Notes: generated by a model not told the origin, from the sequence alone. Counted from the stretch's first letter, positions 18,799 to 29,196 are shown. The stretch is DNA of 64,000 nt from Arenicellales bacterium (GCA_965116205.1 OZ220493.1:2165072-2229071), one strand, 5' to 3'. Made by a program: numbers and translations.

Positions 18799-20333
18799 TG
18801 TCTGACGATAAACAATTTGATGTCGAAAAAGAAATTCCCAAGATTGATCTCACGGATTCAATTCGTGAATTTGCCGGTCGCAACAGTGATTACTACGTAG
18901 AAAAACTGTCGCAGATTCAGTCGGCAGGAGAGCGAAGTAATCCGTGGAATTTAGCCGCATTGATTGTGGGTCCCGCGTGGTGTGCGGCACGCGGATTGTG
19001 GAATCTATTCTGGTTGTTCACCATTGCGGAAATTGTTGCCCTGGTGCAGGTGGGACGTGGAATCTGGGGTGACTTGGGGGCCGACAAACTGGCGCAAGCC
19101 GAGCAGCTGATGCAACGGGCACATGACTTGCGAGTTGAGGCTGGATTTGCCGGGACAACGGGCGATCAAACCGCAGAGACTTCCTTAGAGAGTGCCATCA
19201 ACTTAGAAAAGGCAGCGGAATTGGCGATGCAGGAAGCACAGGCTGCGGCCAGCACCTGGTGGATCTATCTCATCGTCGGGCTGGTGCTGTTCACCGTATT
19301 ACGATACGTGCTAGGGAAATATGCGAATCGTCTCTATGAGTTGCAATATTCGGCGTGGCGTCTGAATCGCAAGATCGTCAATGGATTCGGCTATCAGCGC
19401 TTGGTTGTTGGCCTATTGATTCTGGTGGTTTTGATTCCACTTACGCTCTATCGCTTTACGGTCACGAATCCGGTTGCCTGGTTGACCGATGTCCCCATCG
19501 GCGGGACTTATTTTACTCACAGCGCCAATGCTCTTGATACTTGGTTTGATCGCACGGCGGAAGCTGGTCAGGGACTGTTCGATGGCATCACGGCCAGCGC
19601 TCAATCGGTGCTGGATGTTATGGAACTGTTGATCGTTGATGCACCCTGGCCGGTGGTGGCAGTTTTTCTGGTGGTCATTGCATGGCGGGTAGCTAGTATT
19701 CGGGTAGCCATATTTACCGCGGCGTCTTTGTGTTACATTGGTTTTTTGGGGTTGTGGGAGGCCAGCATGGTGAGTATTGTGCTGGTCGGTGCCGCGGCTT
19801 TTTTCTGTATCATCATCGGCATTCCGTTGGGAATCTGGTTTTCACGTAGCGAAAAAGCGTATGCGATGGCGCGGCCGGTCTTGGATCTGATGCAGACGAT
19901 TCCACCGTTTGTCTACCTCATCCCGATCATTGCCTTTTTCGGCACCGGTCGCGTGCCTGGGGTGCTCGCAACCATTATCTTTGCGATGCCTCCGGTTGTT
20001 CGTTTGACCGCGCTGGGTCTTCGGCAGGTGCCCGGTACCGTGGTGGAAGCCGCAGTCGCATTTGGCGCCACCAAATGGAAGATTTTGGTGGGCGTGGAAC
20101 TACCATTGGCACGCCCGGCCATTATGACTGGCGTCAATCAGACCATTCTGATGAGCCTGTCGATGGTGGTCATCGCATCACTCATTGGTGCCAAGGGTTT
20201 GGGTCAGGAAGTGCTGACCGCCTTACAGTATGTGGCGAAAGGTCAGGGTATATTGGCGGGGATTGCCATTCTACTCTGTGCCATGATGCTCGACCGCATC
20301 GTACAGGGCAGATTTCAGAGACAGGAGGACTAG
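18798..20333 (+). CDS. ProW-type ABC permease with a long N-terminal membrane extension (DUF2628-like), paralogue 1
   Basis: 511 aa. The C-terminal BPD_transp_1 core is present (MQTIPPFVYLIPIIAFFGTGRVPGVLATIIFAMPPVVRLTALGLRQVP). The N-terminal ~270 aa contain NSDYYVEKLSQIQS...NPWNLAALIVGPAWCAARGLW. Its start overlaps the proV-like stop (TAATG). Confidence 0.85.
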   Translation: MSDDKQFDVEKEIPKIDLTDSIREFAGRNSDYYVEKLSQIQSAGERSNPWNLAALIVGPAWCAARGLWNLFWLFTIAEIVALVQVGRGIWGDLGADKLAQAEQLMQRAHDLRVEAGFAGTTGDQTAETSLESAINLEKAAELAMQEAQAAASTWWIYLIVGLVLFTVLRYVLGKYANRLYELQYSAWRLNRKIVNGFGYQRLVVGLLILVVLIPLTLYRFTVTNPVAWLTDVPIGGTYFTHSANALDTWFDRTAEAGQGLFDGITASAQSVLDVMELLIVDAPWPVVAVFLVVIAWRVASIRVAIFTAASLCYIGFLGLWEASMVSIVLVGAAAFFCIIIGIPLGIWFSRSEKAYAMARPVLDLMQTIPPFVYLIPIIAFFGTGRVPGVLATIIFAMPPVVRLTALGLRQVPGTVVEAAVAFGATKWKILVGVELPLARPAIMTGVNQTILMSLSMVVIASLIGAKGLGQEVLTALQYVAKGQGILAGIAILLCAMMLDRIVQGRFQRQED

Positions 20334-20347
20334 TGGTGGCTGAGACT

Positions 20348-21886
20348 ATGAGTACCGTTGAAATTCTGGAACACATTCCAGAAGTTGATATCGCCGAGTC
20401 CGTACAGGAGTTCGCCGATCAGAATGCCGACTATTACGTCCGTGAGTTCAAGCGCATCCAAGCCTCAAAGAGTGGATATTGTTGGACTTTCAACATCAGT
20501 TCAGCGACGTTTGGTCCGCTTTGGGCAACCGCTCGTGGTCTTTGGGGATTGTTTTGGGTATTTTCTCTGCTGGAAATGGTCTTTCTAGTTATGCTTGGTC
20601 TAGGTTTGTGGGGAGATTTGGGTGCCGATCAATTTGCCCGCGCCGAACGCATGCAGGGCAACTACGAGAAAATGATGGCACGAGTAGAAGCCGCACGACA
20701 GAAAGGTGATGAAGAAGGTGTGGCTGCATTCCAAAGACGCGCTGAAAATCTAGCTAAGGCCAGAGATAAAGCGCGGGCACAAGGTGAAGAATCTCGCGCT
20801 GGCGGCACTCGCTTTTTGATCATTGCTATCGTGGCTTTGATTCTGTTGAAAATATTTGAAGGTTGGGTGGCCAATATTGCTTATGAGCGTCAGTATTCTC
20901 GCTGGCGCGGTGACCGCACGGTGCGCGCCGGTTTCAACTGGGCAGTTGGGACTTTGGGGTTGGTGATCATCCTATTCGTTTATACGGTTACACTATTACG
21001 CTTTACGACAGCGGCGCCACCGAAGCTAATCACCGAATTTCCGATCGGTAATCACTATTATCTGGGCATCGCGTCATGGATTGATTATTGGTTTGATCTG
21101 GCGTCACACAACTTCGCATTTCTATTTCAAGGTGTGTCGCGCGGCATTCGAACCATTCTGGAGGGAGTAGAAACATTTTTAGTGGATACTCCGTGGCCAG
21201 TCGTTGCGGCAGTGATTGTGACGTTGGCTTATCGCAGCGCCGGGATTCGAGTGGCGATTTTTACCGCAGCCGCATTGCTCTACATCGCGGTACTTGGGTT
21301 TTGGCAAAAGAGTATGGCGACGGTGGCCTTGCTCGGTACGGCATCATTCCTTTGTGTCGCGATTGGGATTCCGCTTGGAGTTTGGTTTGCGCGGAGTCAG
21401 CGCGCATTTAATTTCGCTAGACCGGTGCTTGATCTGATGCAGACTCTGCCGTCGTTTGTGTATCTGATCCCGATCATCGCATTTTTTGGTACCGGCAAGC
21501 CGCCGGGAATTCTAGCTTCAATGATCTTTGGGTTACCTCCGATTATCCGTCTGACGACGCTCGGATTGCGGCAGGTGCCCCGCGATGTAGTTGAAGCGGC
21601 GCGCGCTTTTGGCGCAACCAATGCACAGATTCTACGCAATGTTGAAATTCCATTAGCGACCCCGAGCATTATGGCAGGTGTCAATCAGACGATACTGATG
21701 TGTCTGTCCATGGTGGTCATTGCGGCGCTGATCGATGCCAAGGGTTTGGGTTATGATGTTTTGGAAGCATTACAATATGCGGCCAAAGGACAGGGCATCT
21801 TAGCCGGCGTAGCGATTCTGTTCTGCGCCATCGTTATTGATCGGGTGATCCAGGGAAAATTCAAGGATACTGAAAAAGGTGGTTGA
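20348..21886 (+). CDS. ProW-type ABC permease with a long N-terminal extension, paralogue 2
   Basis: Same architecture as the upstream gene (NADYYVREFKRIQAS...; MQTLPSFVYLIPIIAFFGTGKPPGILASMIFGLPPIIRLTTLGLRQVP). I moved the start to ATG 20348. The first 91 codons of the ORF-track call (from 20075) overlap the previous gene in another frame. Confidence 0.85.
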   Translation: MSTVEILEHIPEVDIAESVQEFADQNADYYVREFKRIQASKSGYCWTFNISSATFGPLWATARGLWGLFWVFSLLEMVFLVMLGLGLWGDLGADQFARAERMQGNYEKMMARVEAARQKGDEEGVAAFQRRAENLAKARDKARAQGEESRAGGTRFLIIAIVALILLKIFEGWVANIAYERQYSRWRGDRTVRAGFNWAVGTLGLVIILFVYTVTLLRFTTAAPPKLITEFPIGNHYYLGIASWIDYWFDLASHNFAFLFQGVSRGIRTILEGVETFLVDTPWPVVAAVIVTLAYRSAGIRVAIFTAAALLYIAVLGFWQKSMATVALLGTASFLCVAIGIPLGVWFARSQRAFNFARPVLDLMQTLPSFVYLIPIIAFFGTGKPPGILASMIFGLPPIIRLTTLGLRQVPRDVVEAARAFGATNAQILRNVEIPLATPSIMAGVNQTILMCLSMVVIAALIDAKGLGYDVLEALQYAAKGQGILAGVAILFCAIVIDRVIQGKFKDTEKGG

Positions 21887-22086
21887 TAGGTTAGTCTGTT
21901 AATCATCAAGTGATGATCTGAACAGCACTAACTGCTCTGTTTGACTGATGAGTTAGTGAGAATTGAAAGATCTGCCCAATCGTTGGCGTCATTCTCCAGT
22001 GAATGATGGTTTGAGGTGGTGTGTCAACCATACTATCTCCCGGCTCGAAGATTTTCACATCGGTAGTTTTCGTAGACTTGATCACC

Positions 22087-22878
22087 TCATGGGTACCGCG
22101 TTAGAAAATCTTCGATCAGTTCGAGGAATAATGCTGGGTTCTCCAGCAACCCGAGGTGTTTCAGCCGCGGTACGATAATCGTCTTCGCTTGGTTGATTTC
22201 AGCGGCAATGGCATAGGACATTGCCGGGGTACTGCCACGGTCATATTCACAAGTTGCAATTAACGAAGGTTTCCATATTGGGGGTTCAGGTCGGATGAGT
22301 TCTTTAACGCCAGCCGCCAAAACAAAACGACATTGAGCGTAGGTTGCCATGTCGTTGGCTAGCACCCAATTTTTCACACGTTGAACTACACTGGTGTTGT
22401 TGGCCATATAGTCAGCTGTGAACCAGCGTTCGAGCGTTTCGTCAATAGTTGCGGCAGGACCGTCTTTTGCCGTTTGCATCGCGCGCAATTCAACCCGACG
22501 CTGTTCTTCAGGGTGACGTTCGTGTGGTGAATTGAGGATGATCAGTGATTGGACATACTCCGGATAATCCATGGCAAAACGACGGTTGATCATGCCGCCC
22601 AGCGAAAATCCCACCAAGGATGCACTCTTGATTTTGACTTCATCTAACAGACTTTTGAGTTGTTGCGAAAAAAGTCGGAGAGAAGGTTGCGCCACCGGCG
22701 TACTCTGCGCGCCATGCCCAAGCAGATCATAGGTGAGCACAAAATAGTCTGCGGCGAGGGCATGTACGTAGTCGCGCCACATGGCTTGCCGCAATCCCAA
22801 CCCATGAATCAGCACGATGACAGGATGACGAGGGTTGCCGGCAACCTCATATGCAGTACCTGTCAATGTTCTAGCCAT
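22087..22878 (-). CDS. alpha/beta-fold hydrolase
   Basis: 263 aa. It has an HGLG oxyanion motif (VIVLIHGLGL) and the nucleophile elbow GFSLGG. Confidence 0.75.
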   Translation of the reverse strand: MARTLTGTAYEVAGNPRHPVIVLIHGLGLRQAMWRDYVHALAADYFVLTYDLLGHGAQSTPVAQPSLRLFSQQLKSLLDEVKIKSASLVGFSLGGMINRRFAMDYPEYVQSLIILNSPHERHPEEQRRVELRAMQTAKDGPAATIDETLERWFTADYMANNTSVVQRVKNWVLANDMATYAQCRFVLAAGVKELIRPEPPIWKPSLIATCEYDRGSTPAMSYAIAAEINQAKTIIVPRLKHLGLLENPALFLELIEDFLTRYP

Positions 22879-22931
22879 AGTCGCGGGGTGGTGTGGAATT
22901 GAGGTGAATCAACTAGAATATTGACCAATGA

Positions 22932-23969
22932 CTAACAGAAGGCGGGAATGACCTCTGTACAGAATAGTTGTAGAGATTCTCTCTGCTCTTTAGGTGCCAA
23001 CCCCATACTGGCATAATAGATAAACGCATCGGCGCCAATCTGTTCGTATCGTTTCAGTTTTTCGATCACTTGCTCGGGAGACCCAAACATCATGTTTTCT
23101 TCCAATGCCGAAGGTGTGAACTGTTCCTGGTTTGCCATTTCTTCCGTTGCAAGTGCGCGTGGAAAGCCGTTAATGACTTCCCCGGGATATAGAAACAGAT
23201 TCTGGAACATTCCCATATTTCGCTGAATGGCGGTGACCGCTTTGTCGCGTGCTTGCGTACTGGTATAGAGCGCGGTATGTCGCATCACTGCGAAGTTGGT
23301 CTTTCGGTGTTTCGGGTAAATCGCTCTGGCCGCATCCAAATGTTGGCGATAAAGTTCAATTTCGGCAAATGGTCTCGAAATCGGCCAAGAAATGATATCG
23401 CACTCATTTTTCACCGCATAATCGAATGTGATGGGTGACCGCGCTGCAACCCAGATGGGGGGATGCGGTTTTTGTAACGGCTGCGGTACTGATGTCGCCG
23501 CAGGAAATGACCAGAATTCCCCATGATGCTCGTAATCGCCGACCCATAAATTCTTTACCGCGGGTAACATTTCCTGTACATATCGATAGCCATCTTTCTG
23601 TTTGAGGCCGGGTTTCATGCGATCGAATTCTCGTTGATAAGCACCTGAACCGATACCAAATTCCAAACGACCACCACTGATCAAGTCTAAAAATGCCGCC
23701 TCACTCGCAAGTTTGATTGGATGCCAGTAAGCGGCTACTACGACTGCGGTCCCCAGACGAATTTGGTGGGTGTGGGTCGATAACCAGGCAAGAATCTGAA
23801 ATGGATTGGGTGCGATGGTCATTTCCAGAGCATGATGCTCAGCGGCCCAAACGATGTCAAATCCACCATCGTCGGCAATTTTTACCATGTCTAGAAAGTG
23901 ATTAGCGACAGCCGTCATATCTTGGCTGGCACTAGTTCTTTCCAGATTGATTGCCAAATGAAATTTCAT
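22932..23969 (-). CDS. LLM-class (luciferase-like) flavin-dependent monooxygenase/oxidoreductase
   Basis: 345 aa. It has a typical LLM N-terminus (FDIVWAAEHH), the GRLEFGIGSG motif, and TIM-barrel length. Confidence 0.75.
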   Translation of the reverse strand: MKFHLAINLERTSASQDMTAVANHFLDMVKIADDGGFDIVWAAEHHALEMTIAPNPFQILAWLSTHTHQIRLGTAVVVAAYWHPIKLASEAAFLDLISGGRLEFGIGSGAYQREFDRMKPGLKQKDGYRYVQEMLPAVKNLWVGDYEHHGEFWSFPAATSVPQPLQKPHPPIWVAARSPITFDYAVKNECDIISWPISRPFAEIELYRQHLDAARAIYPKHRKTNFAVMRHTALYTSTQARDKAVTAIQRNMGMFQNLFLYPGEVINGFPRALATEEMANQEQFTPSALEENMMFGSPEQVIEKLKRYEQIGADAFIYYASMGLAPKEQRESLQLFCTEVIPAFC

Positions 23970-24391
23970 CTTCTTTCACTTCGGTGTTTTGGTTGTTGTT
24001 GGTTTAGTATTGAGCTGATAATGATGGTATGACATAATTATTTTATCCACGCTTGGATGGTTTTACTGTATTGCCATCAATCGTATACGCTTCAAATTCG
24101 GTCGCTAATGATAAAACTAACTGACCTTTATTGCTCATCATTGGCTAGAATTTTGGTATGATTGTAGGCTAAATGACTACTTGTCTGAAGGGAATGGGAA
24201 GGATGTATGAACTTAGCATCTGCCGCTGGAGACTGCCCACCGTGGTCAATCTGGCGCATCAGCTGACCGGAGAAAGCGTCATTAATGATCATGATATTTC
24301 ACCGCGACGACTGCTCGAATTGCGCGACGTTGAGCCGACCAACCATCAGTTCGATATTACACCGGCACACACCAGTTGAAGTGACCGACAG

Positions 24392-26809
24392 ATGTTGAAA
24401 GCACTGCCGGCGCACGCGTCCGTCGTGGTTATCGGTGGCGGCATCATGGGATGCTCGACGCTTTACCATCTAGCGAAAGCCAGTGTTAGCGATGCGCTAC
24501 TGCTTGAACGCAATCAGTTGACTTCTGGCACCACTTGGCACTCGGCCGCGCAGGTTCGGGCATTGCGCTCGACTCGAAATCTGACCGACCTGATTCGCTA
24601 TTCGATCGATCTTTACAGTCGTCTGGAGACTGAAACCGGTCAGTCCACCGGTTGGCTCAACAAAGGCTCCATTTCAATTGCAACCGGTGAAGATCGCTTG
24701 ATTCACATCAAGCGCCAGGCAGCTTTGGCGCAGATGTTTGGTTTGCGGGCAGAGTCCATTTCAGCTGCCGAAGCCAAAGAGCGCTGGCCGCACATGAACA
24801 GCCAAGATGTCATCGGTGCCATATGGTCGCCGGACGATGGTCGAGTAAGTCCTTCCGATCTTTGTGCCGCGCTAGTCAAAGGTGCACAGTCTAACGGTGC
24901 TTTGATTTATGAAAATACCACAGTGATTGGCATCGTTACCGAGCAAAATAGGGTGAAGGCCGTTGAAACGAACCAGGGTGCGGTTCGATGCGATGCCATT
25001 GCTGTTTGCGCCGGTCTGTGGAGCCGAGCAGTGGGGCATCTGGCGGGTGCGGAGGTGCCAGTCTGGCCCTGTGAACATTTTTATCTACTCACCAAGCCCA
25101 TCCCAGGTATCGTGGGAAATTTACCGACACTGTCCGACCACGACAGCCATCTGTATATTCGTGATGACAGCGGCGGCCTTTTGGTGGGTTGCTTTGAGCC
25201 ACAGGGAAAGTCAATTGATCCGCGCCAATTAGGTAGCGATTTTGCGTTTCGGTTACTTGACGAGGACTGGGATCATTTTGAACCGATGATGATCAACGCG
25301 CTGCATCGCCTGCCGGTCTTACAGTCAGCCGAGGTGAAAATGCTACTGAATGGACCGGAAAGTTTCACCCCCGATGGCATGTTTCTTCTAGGTGAGTGTG
25401 CCGAAACGAAAGGTTTATACTTGGGCTGTGGTATGAATTCAGTCGGTGTCGCGACCAGTGGCGGTGCCGGAATGGCACTGGCACACTGCATACAACAGGG
25501 CCACCTGCCGTTCGATCTGAGTGAAGCGGAGTCGATGCGTTTTCCGGCGATTTTCAATTCAATTGAATTTCTGTCTGCTCGGGTGCCAGAAGTTCTAGGC
25601 AAGCACTATGAAATTACCTACCCGGCTCGGCAGTGGTCCAGTGGACGAAACCAGCGGACCTTGGTGTTGCATCAGAAATTTATTGATGAAAAGGCATATT
25701 TTGCTCAGATGTTTGGTTGGGAGCGACCACTGTATTTTGACTGCCGAGATGAACCTAAACTTACGTTTGGAAAACCAGATTGGTTTGACAATGTTGCCGA
25801 TGAAGTTCATTCGGCGCATGAACATGCGGCCCTATTTGATCAGTCAGCCTTTGGAAAAATTGATGTAACGGGTAAGGATTCCTGTAGATATCTGAATCGA
25901 ATCTGTGTCAGTCAGGTAGACCGACCGGTAGGTCAGGTGATATATACCACTATGCTCAACGAGCGCGGTGGCATAGTCAGCGATCTGACTGTCGTGCGCC
26001 TGGCGCGCGATTTTTTTCGGCTCTATGTAGGTACTACTGCAGTCAGAAAGAACTGGACTTGGTTACATCGCCAGCTGCGCGATGAAGAGGTTCAGTTGAT
26101 TGATGTTACGGACCGGTATTGTGTGCTAGGACTGATGGGACCGCAAGCCACCAAAATTGCCAGTGCGTCTGGCGCTGATTTTTCAGATCTCAAGTATTTT
26201 CAAAGCCAACCGTCAATGATCGGCGGATGTCCAATTTTGGCGACCCGACTTTCCTATGTTGGAGAATTTGGCTGGGAAATGACGTGTCAGGTTGAGCATG
26301 CAGAGACGATTTATTCAATTCTGCGAGAGGGTGGCGCCAAACCGGCGGGATTGTTGGCGCAAACGTCCATGCGCATCGAAAAGCGATTTCTGGCTTACGG
26401 ACATGAGTTAGATTCAGAAGTTTCACCGCTTGCTGTGGGGTTAGAGTTTACCATAGACTGGGAAAAGGAATTTATCGGTCAGCAGGCGCTGGAACTGCTA
26501 CGAGAATCCGGCGTTCGAAATGGCATTGTCACTGTCATTTTTGATGACTTTGAAGTCGTACCGCTCGGTGATGAGCCGGTAGAGAGGCATGGAAAGTTAA
26601 TTGGAAAAACCACATCGGCGGCATTTGGATTTCGAATTAACGCTCCTATCGCACTGGTACGAGTAACCGAAAATAAGTTCAGCTTGAAAGATGGCACGCG
26701 AGTGGAAGTTAATATTGCTGGTGAGTATTGGTCTGGACGAGTCATCCATGGTGTAGCATTTGATCCATCAGGATTACGGATGAAATCATCACCGAGCAGT
26801 TTGCAATAG
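24392..26809 (+). CDS. dimethylglycine/sarcosine dehydrogenase-family flavoprotein (DAO domain + GcvT-like folate-binding domain)
   Basis: 805 aa. The N-terminal FAD dinucleotide fold is VVVIGGGIMGCS. The C-terminal half has the aminomethyltransferase-like fold (FGKIDVTGKD...; YVGEFGWEM). Confidence 0.85.
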   Translation: MLKALPAHASVVVIGGGIMGCSTLYHLAKASVSDALLLERNQLTSGTTWHSAAQVRALRSTRNLTDLIRYSIDLYSRLETETGQSTGWLNKGSISIATGEDRLIHIKRQAALAQMFGLRAESISAAEAKERWPHMNSQDVIGAIWSPDDGRVSPSDLCAALVKGAQSNGALIYENTTVIGIVTEQNRVKAVETNQGAVRCDAIAVCAGLWSRAVGHLAGAEVPVWPCEHFYLLTKPIPGIVGNLPTLSDHDSHLYIRDDSGGLLVGCFEPQGKSIDPRQLGSDFAFRLLDEDWDHFEPMMINALHRLPVLQSAEVKMLLNGPESFTPDGMFLLGECAETKGLYLGCGMNSVGVATSGGAGMALAHCIQQGHLPFDLSEAESMRFPAIFNSIEFLSARVPEVLGKHYEITYPARQWSSGRNQRTLVLHQKFIDEKAYFAQMFGWERPLYFDCRDEPKLTFGKPDWFDNVADEVHSAHEHAALFDQSAFGKIDVTGKDSCRYLNRICVSQVDRPVGQVIYTTMLNERGGIVSDLTVVRLARDFFRLYVGTTAVRKNWTWLHRQLRDEEVQLIDVTDRYCVLGLMGPQATKIASASGADFSDLKYFQSQPSMIGGCPILATRLSYVGEFGWEMTCQVEHAETIYSILREGGAKPAGLLAQTSMRIEKRFLAYGHELDSEVSPLAVGLEFTIDWEKEFIGQQALELLRESGVRNGIVTVIFDDFEVVPLGDEPVERHGKLIGKTTSAAFGFRINAPIALVRVTENKFSLKDGTRVEVNIAGEYWSGRVIHGVAFDPSGLRMKSSPSSLQ

Positions 26810-27167
26810 TGAAGGGTCCTTGACTCACTATTATCTTCGAGAAACTGAATTGGAACAGTGGTAGGCATTGGGTTACCGTTATTGATCTATAACGGATGCA
26901 TTGTTTCGATCGTGAAGAGCGAAGTAGAACCAAAGAATATTGTGCTGCTGCTGAAGTATGTGAGACGTTGCTGAGCTAACCCATTGACTTGAATTTGCAG
27001 AATTGAACACTATTTAGTGAATATTTGCACTTGACAGCAGGCGTGTAGAATGTTGATCCCGAGTGGATTGATCCCATTTTCCCATGGCTGTTGGTTTTCA
27101 TCAAATTGCAGATGCTATTTGCGATGCCACGACAAATGAAATTAAACATTGAGTAGGAGTAAGTAAA

Positions 27168-28982
27168 TTGGAAGTGACCACAAAAGAAGTTGAAGATAAA
27201 AATTGGTTGCAGAGTCTGATCATCAGAGGTCGCCGTAATGGTTACCTGACCTACGAGGATATCACTGATATACTCCCAGATTCGATGAGTGGCGCGGACG
27301 ACATCACTCGAACCATAGATTTGCTGACTAGTCTCGAAATAGACGTCTGTGATGAGGCGCCACATCCGGATAGTCTGATCCTCCAGGCTGACGATGTGGT
27401 TGATGAAGAAGCTGTTGCGGAAGAAGCTGAAGAAGTGCTGAAGAGCGACTTCGGTAGCACCACCGATCCCATTCGTATGTACATGCGCGAGATGGGGCAG
27501 ATTGACCTGTTGACTCGTCAGCGGGAAATTGAACTTGCCAAACAGATTGAATCTGGTTTAGTACAAGCTCAGGAGGCTTTGTCAGAGTGTCCATTCATGA
27601 TGCGCCATCTGCTGGCGAGATTTGAGCTGTTCCTCAATAAAAGACTGCGTTTCACCGAGCTGTGTAACCGAATCAAGGTGGTATCCAAACAGATTGATGC
27701 AAAAAGCGTCAAGGTTCGACCAGATACTCAAGATGGTATCAACGAAGTTTTGCACACTGTGGCGAAAGAGTTTGAACGTATTGAGCGGCGGGTCGGTTGG
27801 CTCAACACCAATGTTCGCAAGCAGAACGTTACTCACGCCAAAGCAGAAAGTCATCGTTTGAAGCTAAAAAATAAGTTCAAACAGTTCACGTTCGGCCGCC
27901 GCCACTACGATCTGATGTTTGATCTCATGCACAAAACTGACCGGGAGCGAAAAGACAAAATTAAAGAACTGGAAAGCGTTTTGCTCCATCGGGTACGCAT
28001 GGAACGTCGTCAGTTTCAAAATATCATTCCAGAATCAGCGACCCACCGAAATTTGATCGCCATGCTCAAAAAACAGTGCAATGAGATGCAGTCTGTCGAA
28101 GTTGATCGCTTTCGCGATGAGATCTTAGAAGCTCGCGATCAAATCATCCGCTTTGAAAAAAGACTCGGCATGTCCTTAGAACATTTCAAGTTGATTTATC
28201 CCAAGGTCTGTATCGCCGAAAGACAGGCCAACAAAGCCAAAAGTCAGATGATTGAGGCGAACTTACGACTGGTCGTGTCGATCGCGAAAAAATACAGCAA
28301 CCGCGGTTTGGATTTACAGGACTTGATTCAGGAAGGTAATATCGGATTGATGAAAGCAGTGGATAAATACGAGCATGAACTTGGCTTTAAGTTTTCAACC
28401 TATGCGACTTGGTGGATTCGCCAGGCGATCACCCGCGCCTGCGGCGACCAGTCGCGCACGATCAGAGTGCCGGTCCATATGATTCAGACGCTGAGTGCCT
28501 TGAATCGGATTCAGCGCGAAATTCGTCAGGAAGAGAGCCGTGAAGCGACGGTGGATGAACTGGCCGAAAAAATGGAAGTGACTGAAGAGAAGGTTCACAA
28601 AGTGTTGAATATTCCCAAGGAGCCGTTGTCGATGGAAGCACCGACCGGTGAAGACGAAGATTCAAGTCTGCTGGATATTATTGAAGATAAGTCAGCCACC
28701 AATCCCTTGGAAGATGCCATTAAATCGGGTTTGCACTCGGCGGTGGAGAGTATGTTGAACTCTCTGTCGGAGCGCGAAGCCGTGGTTCTGCGCATGCGCT
28801 ACGGTATTGGCATGCCGACCGACTACACACTTGAAGAAGTCGGTCAACAGTTCGGGGTTACTCGAGAGCGCGTACGACAGATTGAAAAAAGTGGCCTACG
28901 AAAACTACGCCATCCTTCTCGCGCGGTGAATTTACAACCTTATCTCAAGGATCTAAACGCTCATCAGTCGCCGGGAGCATAA
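27168..28982 (+). CDS. rpoD: full-length group-1-type RNA polymerase sigma factor (RpoD-like, divergent)
   Basis: 604 aa with a TTG start and TAGGAG upstream. It has a region 1.1-like N-terminus ([13 protein letters not shown]), an acidic linker, a long non-conserved region, region 2 ([39 protein letters not shown]), region 3, and region 4.2 ([20 protein letters not shown]). There is no dnaG upstream. Confidence 0.85.
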   Translation: MEVTTKEVEDKNWLQSLIIRGRRNGYLTYEDITDILPDSMSGADDITRTIDLLTSLEIDVCDEAPHPDSLILQADDVVDEEAVAEEAEEVLKSDFGSTTDPIRMYMREMGQIDLLTRQREIELAKQIESGLVQAQEALSECPFMMRHLLARFELFLNKRLRFTELCNRIKVVSKQIDAKSVKVRPDTQDGINEVLHTVAKEFERIERRVGWLNTNVRKQNVTHAKAESHRLKLKNKFKQFTFGRRHYDLMFDLMHKTDRERKDKIKELESVLLHRVRMERRQFQNIIPESATHRNLIAMLKKQCNEMQSVEVDRFRDEILEARDQIIRFEKRLGMSLEHFKLIYPKVCIAERQANKAKSQMIEANLRLVVSIAKKYSNRGLDLQDLIQEGNIGLMKAVDKYEHELGFKFSTYATWWIRQAITRACGDQSRTIRVPVHMIQTLSALNRIQREIRQEESREATVDELAEKMEVTEEKVHKVLNIPKEPLSMEAPTGEDEDSSLLDIIEDKSATNPLEDAIKSGLHSAVESMLNSLSEREAVVLRMRYGIGMPTDYTLEEVGQQFGVTRERVRQIEKSGLRKLRHPSRAVNLQPYLKDLNAHQSPGA

Positions 28983-29196
28983 AGTCATCAAGTCTGGATT
29001 GGATGAGTAATAGCAGACTCAAGCTTGTCCTGAAAGACTGCCGCTGTTGAGCATTGGTCGAGGGTTGATTTTTTCGTTCACCGATCACCTCTATACAATT
29101 TCTGTCTTTTAGGTAAAATTAACGCGCGGATACGATTCTCGTGCGAGCGAGAGGTGTCGTCGAGTATTTTTTTAATCAACCAAGTAGGATGAAATA

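Noticed and set aside
20075-20347. The ORF-track start of the second ProW-like permease (603 aa from 20075).
   Set aside because: The first 91 codons overlap the end of the preceding permease gene in another frame and have no membrane-protein character. ATG 20348, 15 nt after the upstream stop, gives a product colinear with the paralogue.
24173-24379. A 68-aa ORF just upstream of the DMGDH-like gene. The region also contains CTGGAGA...CACCGTGGTCAA, which is faintly reminiscent of a glycine riboswitch.
   Set aside because: I recognised no protein family and there is no SD. The riboswitch resemblance is limited to a few nucleotides and lacks the conserved ACCGAAGGGGCAA core and the tandem aptamer layout. 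It could still be a real small gene or leader, which a covariance-model scan would settle.
26976-27365. A 129-aa minus-strand ORF overlapping the rpoD-like start region.
   Set aside because: It is antisense to the sigma factor N-terminus and its promoter region, has no recognisable family, and is AT-rich with odd composition.
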